A DNA stretch of 62,515 nucleotides, counting the filler, from Sphacelaria rigidula (taxonomy: Eukaryota): the NCBI GenBank assembly GCA_964200075.2. It is 4 parts of 4 records of this genome, joined end to end, with 100 filler letters (N's around TTAATTAATTAA, not from the genome) between each part and the next. Parts side by side here need not be neighbours in the genome. Positions count along the whole stretch, not along the records: positions 46,968 to 62,515 come from CAXNAA020001703.1; 3 more parts are not named here. One strand, 5' to 3'. The notes under the pieces were generated by a model. That model was not told the DNA's origin, did no database searches, and saw only the letters and a program-made list of their open reading frames with translations. Shown here piece after piece: positions 48,585-59,981 of this stretch. Positions within the stretch are counted from its first letter, which is position 1, and each line of letters starts with the position of its first letter. A program made the position numbers and the translations under genes.

Positions 48585-48750
48585 GTGCTCCTGGCATTCT
48601 CCTAGCGTGCCCACAACGTGTTTTTGTCTAAATCGGCGCCTGGGGCGCCGATTTGACGTCTGGCAACGCACACTTCGCCTGGGAAATACGTCGCACCCGC
48701 CTTGCCCGAGGGTTCTCGGTATGCCTTTGTTGTGGTTAGGGTTAGGGCTA
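48585..48750 (+). repeat. Dispersed repeat of about 160 bp tipped with TTAGGG-like hexamers (same-orientation copies at 4010-4185 and 5320-5500; inverted copies at 2470-2650 and 47750-47895)
   Basis: Shared core CTTGCCCGAGGGTTCTCGG.ATGCCTT followed by GGTTAGGGTTAGGG. Confidence 0.75.
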
Positions 48751-51000
48751 GTGTTTTAATTTGTTCGCTTCGCTGCTGCAAGGTCGCGAGGATGGTTCTT
48801 GCTTTCGTTCGTGCGACATGTTATCATGTTTATGACTGCTGTTGGAGTGTGTTGCCGTTGAGGATACTGCTCTCTCTTCTTTGACGCCAGCTTGCTCTGT
48901 GGCTTTTTTTCCTCCTTCAGTTCAGAGTTTGCCCATACTTGCCGCCAGGTGAGATTAGATACTAAGCTACGCTATTGATGGTGGTGGGGTGATGGCACCG
49001 GGTGCAGAAGAACGAGCGCTCCTCTTGCCACTATCACAAGCGATGCACAGACGGGGGTAAATGTCTCGCAGACACGGAAGCTTCTAGGGGTTCGGTCGAA
49101 GGTTCAAATTCTATACCTGTCGAAGATTCCACACATCCGATGTACCAACCATCTGCACTATCAAGAGTCATTCATGGGTGTCATCTATTCTGAGGCCGTT
49201 TGACAGGGGTGAGGTTTTCGCATGTCGTGGAAACCGGCGACGGTTGGAGGTGCTTGTTTGCGCTCATAGCCCAAACGGTTACCCCCATCACTCATCGCCA
49301 AGGCTATCGATTGAGATGCGATTTTTTGCACTATCTGCGCCAAGACGACAGCTACAACGTGATGGGTCAATTTTTTCATCTTATCTGGATCCGAGTTTCA
49401 TAACAAAATAAGTGGGAAAAACATGAATATTTTGCGATTTTCTCGATCACCATAACTCCTTCGGTTCCACAATGATTCCAAATTGTAGGTTGGACTAATA
49501 CACGCCGGTGAGTAGCCGAGGCACGCCATGGTTTGTAGTCCGGGACGACGGAAGTGGGAAATCGTAAAGTGGAAACCCCGCTCGAATCACAAGTACTCTG
49601 GGGGATCGATTTTACGGCGTACATAATAAGGGGATGAACGAGATATCCGGTCTCTGCGTGCTTTTGGTCGGTGACACTTTTTTCGCCCATCTTGGGGGGT
49701 CAGGCGCACCCGAAACTGTTCCTCGGGTATAGCTCTGATTGTGTTGGGTTGTGTGGTAAGCCTTTGCATGTGCCCCTGTCAACCGGACATATATGTTCCC
49801 TTGCAAGGTCTCCGGAAATCCCGTTTCATGGAGGACTTCAGAAAGTGCTCTTTTTGTATTTCCTGATTTCCCCCTTGACGTTGATACCTTTAGCACTGCT
49901 GCCACGCGCGTCAGCTGTGGCTTACCCCTAGTCATCATCAATATCATTATAAGCGTGCACGTCTCGCCGCTTGATACACAAATCAGTACATTTGTGTCCG
50001 CTTTTTTCCATACTTCATCCAAGTAAAGAAAATTGATCCTTTTCTAAACAATATTTTGCACTAGACGCTCGGACTAATATTCCAGAGTCTCACCAGTGCC
50101 ATTTTTCAATCCACCCTTGTTTTTTTTTTCACGTGTGTTCATTTCAAGGCCCGGCATCACTCTTGTGTCCTTGGCGCATACACGACAGCGCGGGAAATAG
50201 TTGTCTTGAATACCCGTTAGATGTCGGCGGCGGTGACAGTTTTGAGGGTAATTTGGTGGGTGCTATCGCGGCATCACTCTTGCGTGCTTGGTGGAAACAC
50301 AACAGTGCGCTTGACGAAAAGACACCAGCGTGGGAAAACAGGCAACTGTATCGGGAATTTTCGATTGAAAATTGTCACCTGTGCTCAAGAGGCGCCACGG
50401 AAATACACGGCTGAATCGAAAACGTGGGCACATGCTGTTCATCCACATCATTTCACGTACCAGCATATATAGCATCGACTTCATCGACATAGTGCTCCAT
50501 AGAGTGCAGTATAAAATCAAGATAAGAGCGGAGCAACTGTCCGCCGACAGAGACGGTCAGCAACGACACGTTTTCTCCAAGACAGAATAAAGGGTGTTTT
50601 GAAAATCACTTGTGGAACAATCACCCATACATGAAGAGGATTTTTTCCAACGGACGAGAGTACACACAAAAGTAACCGGGTAACCTGCCTGCTAATCGTG
50701 TACGTTAAGTTATAGGCTGCTGGTGGTGATTCGTCCGTCTGTGTGATTTATCTGCTTCTGTTGTTCGTTTCGCTGTGCGTGTGCGTGCCGTATCGTGTGC
50801 TGCGCGCGCGATATGATGCGCCGTCTGTTGTGCAGGGTGGATTGAAAACTGGGTTGGTCGCCGGCAACAGTACCGCAGTGAACACACAACTTCGTTTGCA
50901 AGCAGATAGAGCCTGACCAAGTACATGACAGCCGCCGTCAATCCGGTCATTCCTCACCAGTTGTTTAAACCGGTTAGGGTTATAGGCCCGCCGACTACTT

Positions 51001-52526
51001 TCAGCTTGCACCATCGTCCCGAGATGAGTGATTTTCTTCGTCAAGTATGGCATTGAGTGAAGATCGGTCGTTTGTGTCTGACAAAAAATGCTCCCACGCA
51101 AATCGGGCAACGACTCCATCTTCAGCAAGTTTTGTCGCACAAGCACGGCCGACCCTCATCCCAACACGACACAGATTGCCGTGAAACAAAGAGCACTGTC
51201 TATAGAACAATAGCTAGCGCCAGGCGTGCTGCGCTTATGCCCTGGATGTCTGTGCGTGTTTGGTCGCGTCGGGTTGTGAGGGTGTAACGTGCTTCAGTCA
51301 CGTCCGTTGAGATTTCCAGACCTGTCTCCGCCTACCAGTAGTTTTCCCGATTTTGAGGTCTTCGATGTAAAACTCCTACTGAAAAATCTGATCACCTACC
51401 CCCATGCCACAAGGCATTTTCTGGACGTGCGGCGTCAAAACTTTCTTCAGCGTACCTACTGCCTGTCCTGGGAAACCATGAGTTCTGCTCTCCGGAGAAG
51501 TGGGTGCAAGTACTGTTGTATGGACTGTAGAACACTGCCATGTACCGTCGGCACCTGTTCGCAGGCCACGTCATCGCCAACTCCCTGGTGACTGGGCCAA
51601 ATCTTCCCTTCAGATGACCCTTACTCTGCCGACAAGGAATCAGAAGAATTGACTTGGATATGCTAATTGGGGCGCAAAAAGTGCATGGGCTGTTCGAGGA
51701 ATTCATAACGACCAAACGACAATAAATACCCTTTTCCTCTTCTGTCCTGGGATGCTCCGCCCAAATATGCTCGATTTTACAATCCAATCTCTTGACGGGT
51801 TAGCCGTGCGTGCAGGCCTCGTCCTCCCTGTTCACACCCTACATGGCCATTGCACACCCTTCACACCCACCCTATGGCGTTGGCCTTGTCATTGTGCTTT
51901 GAAGGCGTACACTCTAAACCTGAAGTGTGTGTCTATATATATATATGTTGTGGCTTGCTGATCTGACCGCGGGACGTGCCCTGAAATGTCAATGCTGTAT
52001 GATGAATTGCGGTTCGAAGAACCCAGCGCAACGATCGGCACTCGAATCGCGCACGTGACCGTTAACAACCGCGCGGGTAGAATCTATCCCTAAACGGAGT
52101 TTCTCCAGCAACGCGCTGTCCCCAATAAATGCAAGTGAAGAACAATCACAACCAGAAGGGGCTCTAGGGGGAAACCTCGGAGGGCAGGTCTGAATCGGTC
52201 GCGGAGTAACTTCGGTTCGGTACATGCGCATGTGCAAATATGATGCGCTCTGACATTTTCTGGTGAGAAAAGCGCCGCCGCTTGTGTGCGCAGCCGCACA
52301 GGAAACTCAAGGTAAAGATCATGGCGTGTACTGAAACAGACAACATCATGGTGACTGAATTATGCTCTCCTCTTCGTCTGTTGTGTTGATTGTATTTGTA
52401 CCGCCATGTTCGCCGTATCGCCTCTACAGCCTCCGTCCTCTGCGACTTGAGCTTGTACGTCGGGAATACACGGATGAGAGTCGCTCACCCCAGGGTCGGT
52501 CTTATGTTGTATCGGCATACTTTTCA
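51001..52526 (-). CDS. Putative 3' exons of an unknown gene
   Basis: Phase-consistent GT-AG exons 52526-52489, 51625-51396 and 51199-51001 give KSMPIQHKTDPG/SKGHLKGRFG...PENALWHGG/RQCSLFHGNLC...SRDDGAS*. No recognisable domain. Confidence 0.3.
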
Positions 52527-52721
52527 CTTGAAAAAATGAATTCAAAACCCAGATGACCCAATCTGAGGTCGAAGAATTCGAAATTAGAGCCAGTTATTGT
52601 AGGAAGAGGTGACCGTCTCCAGTTTTGACTTGAAAAATGAACGCGAGACACCACCCTGGCGATCAACCGTCATTTTTAGAGCGGGCGGGAAGAGGTGACG
52701 CTCTCCAAAGGAGTGATCCGA

Positions 52722-52999
52722 TACTCGACGATATCCACACAAGAAGGGGAGAATGCGGCGGGGGGCGCAGAGAAGATAACACTGTAATGTACTGCATCGT
52801 ACTGTGCTGTACGATGCACTTCTTACTCGACGATATCCACACAAGAAGGGAAGAATGCGGCGGGGGGCGCAGCGAAGACAGCACCGTGCTGTACTCCGCT
52901 GTACTGTACTGTACTGTACTGTACTGTACTGTACTGTACTGTACTGTACTGTACTGTACTGTACTGTACTGCATTGTACTGTGCTGTACGATGCACTTC
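52722..52999. repeat. Tandem duplication with a (CTGTA)n microsatellite expanded in the second copy
   Basis: Unit 52722-52823 is repeated at 52824-52999, with (CTGTA)n at about 52900-52970. Confidence 0.85.
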
Positions 53000-53987
53000 G
53001 GCTTTATCTAGTTTTAAAGACTACAGCCACCTCAGGATTGGTCAACTGTGTTCCATGGGCGTCATATTTGTTTGAAAAATGATGCCCACCGCAGTCCAAG
53101 GACTTCATTTTGCAACTGGAGGTAGGAAGGAGTGACGCTGTCGAAAGGTTTGGTGTAATTTGCTCCTTCGTAATACCCATATACAAATGAAACGAACGCA
53201 ACGGGAGAGAGAGAAGACAACACCGTACTGCAATATAAAGCATTGTACTGCTGTACTGTACTGTGCGTTTTCGATTGGCTTCGTCTCGACCTATACCAGA
53301 CGGGCACCCCCAGGATGGGTCATCTGTGTTGAATTGTCGTGGTTTTGACGTAAAAATAAATGGCGAACGGACCGTATGGGCGATGCAATGCAGCAGGGAG
53401 GTGTGCATGGCATGGGTGCAGATGGCCTCCTGCGCTCCTTTTCCCTACCGACCGGGTGGGTCATTCGCTTCTTTGCCGACCGACCGGGTGGCCCATTCGC
53501 TTCTTTGCCGACGGACTGGGCGGACCATTCCCATCTCGTTGGCTTGTGCGATTTTTCAAGAGGAAGATCCTTCGCACTTTTTGAAAAAATGTATATTTCA
53601 TATGTTTTGGCCTCGATTAGCATGACTAACAGTGCAGACAGTACAAAGCTGCGCATTATTCATGTCCTCTTAATGTCGCACTGTGAGCAAAGAGTGCAGA
53701 AAGTCCTACGCTGTCTGCACTGCACATTGTCCCCTTCTCTGTCACATTCTACCGTACGAAACACGCACACTCATACTCAGGCACAGTGTGAAGACAGCGC
53801 AGACAGTACAGTGCTGTACTTTAGACAAGCAAACAACAAGTGCCGCGTCTCGATTCCACTGGGTTTTTTTCGATCGAAAGCTTTCAGATTCGTTTGGACC
53901 CAACCCGCGAAGAATGGACGAATTCGCTCAAATCAATTTCACCGCACTTTTTCGATGATCGAAAAATGATCTGCTGAAGACATGGCC

Positions 53988-54502
53988 TTACCCAATATTT
54001 GGGTAAATTATTGAAATAGTACCCAAACTACCCAGCATTTCGGTAGAATATTTTAAATCGTACCCAACATACCCAGAAGCTTGGTACAGGATTGAAATCA
54101 TACCCAAGTGATACTCTATACCCAGGTATTGCTGAGAGTATTCACCCAAAACTTGGGAACGGGATTTGAGGCTGTACCCATTATACCCAAAATTTTGGTA
54201 GTGTTGAGGTCATATCCAATCTACTCAAATTTGGATACAGTATTTGAGGCGGTACTCAATCTACCCAGAATTTGCTTTGGGTATTGAGGTCGTATACCCA
54301 AGTTATACTTTATACGCAGGTATTGCTGAGAGTGCTTATTATACCCAATACTTGAGTAGAGTTTTTGATGTCGTACCCAATGTACCCAAGAATTGGGTCG
54401 AGTATTTGACGCCGTCCCCAACCTACCCAAACCTTGGGTAGAGTAAATACCCGGGTATTCAGGCAAGTACTCACAAGTACATACCCTACCCGAAATGCCC
54501 TT
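53988..54502. repeat. Degenerate TACCC(A)-rich internally repetitive element
   Basis: Many TACCCA/GGGTA units; similar sequence occurs at about 23270-23425. Confidence 0.6.
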
Positions 54503-54946
54503 GAAGCACATGAAAAAAGGTTCGACCCCGGATGTGTCAGTGGTGTGGAAGTGTATGTGGCGTCTGGATAGGGAGGACATCATTTTATCGCACGATTTCT
54601 CCATGTCGAGAATGTATTTCAAAATCAAGTGTATCCGAAGGAACAAAGAAGAGTCGACAATTCACAGGATAAAATGTCGTCGAACAGCCCGGGCACTATT
54701 CGGAGGCTAACCGCCCCCCCCGTTTAGCACCCCTAAAGGTCAGGTAAGCCGTGGGGCTTAAAGCCCTTATTTGCTTATAATTTACACTTATAAACTATGG
54801 GTAAAGTCAGGACCGTTTTTTGTTTTTCGCAGTCTTGTTCAAAACCACCACGCGTGCAAGATCCGTGGCGTTGGTACCTGCGACGCGGCTGCCACGTGCG
54901 TCAGCCGTGGCTGACCATTAGTTATTACTATTACTTTTACTATTAC

Positions 54947-54979
<33 letters not shown>

Positions 54980-55961
54980 TATTTTATTGTTTTTGTCATA
55001 AAATATATCATCAGCGTAAATGTCTCGCCGCTCGATACACAAATCAGTACATTTTTGTCCGTTTTTTCCCATACTTTTTTATCCATATAAAAATGATCAT
55101 TTTCGGAACAAAATTTTACATTTCCCACGTGCAACCTCTGCCGTTCATGGAAATATTTAATTATGACGGGAAACACTGTCGATCCTTTGACCGCGAGAGT
55201 AGGTCACCTGCTGAATCGGCATCGATTTCACTCAAAAAAGGTGTGCGTGATCCAGATGGACTACCCGCATCGCGGCCTAGAGAGACTATAGACAGGCTGT
55301 CCATCCAGCTCACCGACTATTTGTACCTCACAAAATGCCCACCGACACTCACGACGAGCACAACAACGGTGATCGGTTACATCAAAGAGCAACAGTTACA
55401 TGTACATTCGCTCTTGTGGCTTGCGTCATCGCTTGCGGCGCGGCGACTCTCACGACAAGCTCAACAACGGTGATCGGTGATAGATGGAGCAACAGCTATC
55501 TGCACAGTTGCTCTTGTGACTTGCTGCTGATGCTTTTGTCGCTAGCTCGTGGTGATTCGTCTCTGCGTGTTTGCTCAAGACAATCGCGGGCGAATGTCTC
55601 AGCGAACGAATCGGCACGGCATACGGGTGATACTGCCTTACATGCAACACGGAAACGACAGCTCACCGTACTACCTCGCTCCATACTCCCTCGCAACACG
55701 CTCCTGGACGACGCAATTTCCTTTTCGGCATGGATGGTGTTGACGAAACACCAAGGTTTGGTTTTGATTTGATAGTGTGTATAGTTTCATGTGTTGTGTC
55801 AGGTTAGCGGCAGGCAATCGGCGTTTCCCGAGCGATATATTCCATGCCGGCTCTGTTCGTTGGACCAGCGGGTCTATGCGCAACTGTCGTGTGGAAATGG
55901 TTCTCCTCTGACAGCCGGTTCTGTCAGTCTGCCTATACCGGTCTTCATCAGTTCAGACATG

Positions 55962-56313
55962 TTGAACTCACGACCACTTCCAGAACCACCGCATTCCCGA
56001 ACCTGTGTGCAGATCCGGGCTTCAATCTGGACTACAGTACGGGTTGTACACCAACTCAAAGATGTGTTGGTTTGGTCGTTTGATTTTCTGTCCCACCAAC
56101 CTCTGGGCTATCAGTCATGAATATTTGTCTTTTGATCGTAAGGGCCCTTCTTATCGAAAGGGGATTTTACCCGTTTTCAACATTGCCTTTTGAAAGGGGA
56201 TTGCCCCCACGACGACCAGTTTTGTGCCTCGTCAAGAAAAAGTTTTTTACAGATCGAACGCCAGACTTGCAGGCTCAGAAATGCGGCGGTTCTGGAAGTG
56301 GTCGTTAGTTCAA
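55962..56313. repeat. MITE-like element with about 45-bp terminal inverted repeats
   Basis: TTGAACTCACGACCACTTCCAGAACC pairs with GGTTCTGGAAGTGGTCGTTAGTTCAA. Confidence 0.68.
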
Positions 56314-56573
56314 GGTCTCGAAAATGCTACAGGCAAGACGCAACAAGGCAACACAACACCAACACACCCAGCCCTGACAAAAGTCGAACTGACATCCACC
56401 ACTGACGCGCATTATTTCCACAGCTAGCCCTTGCTAATCTACACACGGCAGTCTTTGTTGGGCGGGAATCCGATCTATATTAGACGAATGGCGACCGCGT
56501 GCGTGTCAAATACATTTATTTGAAAACGTGATAGTTTATGCGCTTGTGCTGTGCGCGCGTCCTACACAAATCG

Positions 56574-57163
56574 TCATTTCTCAATGAATTCTGAATAGAT
56601 TCGGGCAAGGTCACGCACAACGTGCTCAGCTGATGAGCAACTACGGCTCGAGCTGTATGTTCTTGGTTTGCGGGGGCACCGAATTCCTCAGACTCAGCTC
56701 TGATTGTGTTGGGTTGTGTGGTGAGCCTTTGCATGTACCGCTGTTAACTGGACATATGTGTTCGCCTTCGAGGTGTCCGGAAATCCCGTTCGCAAAGGGG
56801 GATACAATTAAGAAAGAGAAGCGATCAATTAATCAAAAAGTAGTTTCAGTTCCGAAATGCCCCTTTACAAGGCCCGATACGCTTTCTGTAGTAGCTTGCC
56901 ACTGAAGCCCTTGATGACCCTGAGTAAGATATCGACGTGTAGCTGTAGGCACACGCCAGCGCTAGAGGCAAATAAAAACACACACGGAATGAAAAGTTGT
57001 TCAAGTTTCGTAGCGAATGATGAAACCCACTCTCAATCAACGCTTTACTCTCAATCTCACGAAAGTATTCTTCTTGACTGTTGTCAAGTGAGGGAGAAAA
57101 CTCCGATGCGGAATCGCCGGTGACGGGTGCAGCACCTGCACCATGACTGACCGCGCCACTCAT
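56574..57163 (-). CDS. Putative small two-exon protein (62 aa) or first exon of a longer minus-strand gene
   Basis: ATG at 57163 in the context acaccATG. Exon 57163-57031 (phase 1) joins 56629-56574 to give MSGAVSHGAGAAPVTGDSASEFSPSLDNSQEEYFREIESKALIETEHVVRDLARIYSEFIEK*. The intervening intron contains a dispersed repeat. Confidence 0.3.
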
Positions 57164-57892
57164 GGTGTAAAGTTGCGTGTAACCCCGAGCGTACTGCTTT
57201 ACTGCTGTGCGATGTGGCGGTCTTCTGTGTGCTGCTACTGCCATGTGTGGACAGGGCTGTGTAGATATACTTTTGCCGTGTGTCGTCGACTTGAATTGGT
57301 CCACCATATATATGCTCCCGGACACCGCAGGTGAAAAGATGACGTTACACGACGGAAATGCCTCTTTTATTTTCGTCAATACAATCAACCCTTTTTTTAT
57401 ATTGGTGTGCAACCCTAATCTGGACAAAAGTGCTTCTCGATCAGACGGAAAACTGGTCGACGTTGGGGCAAACAATTTTCAAAAGTGATATTAATCTATT
57501 GGCGTCTTATCGAGCGTGCGGTGAGGGAAAAACACGACCTGATAGGTTCGTCATTTCGAGATAAGTGGTCCAAGGCAAGCCCTGAGGAGATATTACTGTA
57601 CCTCCTCCGGTGAGGGGGCTAGATGACAGACGGGGCGCCATTCTACTCGGTTTGGTCTTTGCTTCTTCGGGATAGGTTCTCCATGAGTGTAGCGCTGTCG
57701 CGTTGGCTCCAGCACGGTCAGGCGTCCCTTCTTCTATCGTAGTGGTTACGGTTAGCCGTGGGGTTGTACCTATCTGATTCTACTGATGAATTATGGTGAA
57801 TGCCAAGGCAATTCTTGCGTTTTTCGTCATTTTTTCAAAACCTCCACGCGCGCCAGCCGTGGCTCACCACAAGTTGTTTATTTTTTTCATCG

Positions 57893-58205
57893 CGCCCCGG
57901 TGCTGTGATGGTCCGCCATTAGGGTGGAAAGAACGAGGGTTCGATTCCCGATGCGTTAGGTTCTTTCTTCGTAGTATCTGATTTCTACCGTGGAAAGCGT
58001 CAGAGCGTGAGTAAACAAAGTAGTTGACTGAGTTTATTTGACGTGAGTTGACGCGATGCGGGAGTGCTGATAGTCATGACCCAATCCGCGAGACCAAAAT
58101 GCAAGGCGTGTACCGGAGGAGAGATGGAATGACCTCTTGAGACCACGGACTCGTCCCGAGGAAGGGGAGGGGTTCAAAGTGCGACAAATCAAGAAAAATA
58201 ATGAG

Positions 58206-58249
<44 letters not shown>

Positions 58250-58277
58250 CATCATCATCATTATTATTATATTATTA
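57893..58277 (+). mobile_element. tRNA-derived SINE, family A, with (ATT)n tail
   Basis: The head has A-box-like GGTGCTGTGATGG and B-box GGGTTCGATTCCC. The body is shared with the copies at 12870-13195 and 34240-34540. The 3' tail is an (ATT/ATC)n run. Confidence 0.75.
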
Positions 58278-58388
58278 TCGTCACATTAGCTCGATCTCTC
58301 GAACCCGTGATCACAGAGTGCAAGGAGCATACCATCCGTACCCATATAATAAAACAGCCCGCAGAGGAAGGCGAGAAGCAAAAGATCC

Positions 58389-58888
58389 AAGGTTGTGTTC
58401 TGCAAGGTATGGGTACGTTCTGTAGGGTATGAGATTCCTTACGAAACTTACAGAACTGTCGGGTTCCGGTACTGGATGAAAGTCTTACAGAAATTACAGA
58501 ACTTGTCGGGTACGGTTTGGGAGGCTCACAGAAAACCGGTACCGGCAATTGGGAATCTCGTTTGGGGCATACCCGCCCCTCGGGTTAGGGTAAAGTTTTT
58601 GTACAGAACTCACAGAACTGTCGGATGAGGGTATGGTACGCTCCCAGAACTCCCAGAACTTGTCGGGTAGGGCATGGAGGTTGCACAGAAAACCATACCC
58701 GCAACCGGGTATCTTATTAAGAGCATACCCGTGCCCCCCAGTAACGGTACGGGAGGCTTACAGAACTCACAGAACTACCGGGTACGAGTATGAGGGTCTT
58801 AAAGAGATTGCAGAACTGTGGGGTACGGTAAATACCCGGCAAAATACTCCGGGTATACAGAAAGTCGTACCCTACAAAGCACGACCTT
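58389..58888. repeat. Non-autonomous TIR-like element made of degenerate ACAGAAC/GGGTA subrepeats
   Basis: Termini AAGGTTGTGTT... and ...AAAGCACGACCTT are inverted. A second direct copy sharing the 3' end lies at about 59530-59981. Confidence 0.65.
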
Positions 58889-59529
58889 GTTCTTATCATC
58901 ACCCCACCCTGTGGTGGGACCCACGTCTCTACAACAGTGGCGAAATACAAATGACAGCTCTCGAAAACCCTGAACGGCTTCACGGGGTTGATGGTCCCAG
59001 AGAGTACATGAAAGAGCATTCACGGCTGCCCGTTCTCTGGAAGCCCTTCGGCACGCGACAAAATCGCCGACGGCCTTGACAACTTTCGGTGGAAGCTCAC
59101 ACTCTGTGCTGTACATGTCGATAATGGCCTGGGGTTTGATGGCTACGACACAACCACCATCAACGTCGATGACGTACGTCTTGCTACTTGATCCTCTGTT
59201 GGCCCAGATGAACCACCCCCGCTTGAGCCACCACTCGAGTCTGGGGGTGATCCATCCTGACCGTCTGCAGGGCTGCTCGTGTTTCGTGTTTCCAATCAGC
59301 GGTACCTCGTATCCCGTAAGATCCCACACTAAAGAACTTTTCAACATTGAATCATTGTTGATGTGTAGTTTTGAATGAAGGAGTTGGGTGGGTTAATCGC
59401 GATGAGAGGTACATGTTCAGGTCATGACGTTGTGTTCGGATTGAACCTATATCCGGACCTCCCCAAGGTATATATACCTGTGCTCATACCTGCAATCGGG
59501 TATATCTATAACGGTATACGCTAACCCCG

Positions 59530-59981
59530 CGTCGGGGTATGCGAGGCTTACAGAGCTCACAAAACTGTCGGGTACCGGTACTGGATGGAAGTCTTGAAGA
59601 AATTACAGAACTTGTCGGGTACGGCACGGGAGGCTTACAGAAAAACCGGTACCGGCAATCGGGTATTTCTTCAAGAGCATACCCGCGCTCCGGGTACGGG
59701 TAAGAGTTCTGTACAGGAAACCGTCGGGTAGGGTGCACAGGAAACCGTACCTGCGATCAGGTATCTTACCAAGAGCGTATCTGTGCCCCACGGTAACGGT
59801 GCGGCAGTCTTACAGAGATCACAGAACTATCGGGTAAGGATACGAAAGTCTTACAGAGAGTACAGAACTTTCGGGTACCGGTATGAAAGTCCCACAGAAG
59901 TCACGGAACTGTCGGGTACGGTAAATACCCGGCAAAATACCCCGGGTATACAGAAAACCGTACCCTACACAACACAGCCTT
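59530..59981. repeat. Second, 5'-truncated copy of the ACAGAAC/GGGTA element
   Basis: Shares GGGTACGGTAAATACCCGGCAAAATAC.CCGGGTATACAGAAA..CGTACCCTACA with 58820-58888. Confidence 0.65.

Noticed and set aside
50748-51146. ORF with TKKITHLGTMV, resembling a DIRS/Ngaro RT C-terminus
   Set aside because: There is no upstream YxDD or downstream RNase H or recombinase motif, and an overlapping frame fits a terminal exon better.
57893-57965. tRNA gene candidates (also about 13115-13195 and 1945-1995)
   Set aside because: They have a B-box but no complete cloverleaf, and they continue into multi-copy SINE bodies.
58400-59980. Regularly recurring ACAGAAC/GGGTA units suggesting a CRISPR-like array
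   Set aside because: The units are degenerate with no unique constant-length spacers, the context is eukaryotic, and there are no cas genes. They fit internally repetitive TIR elements.
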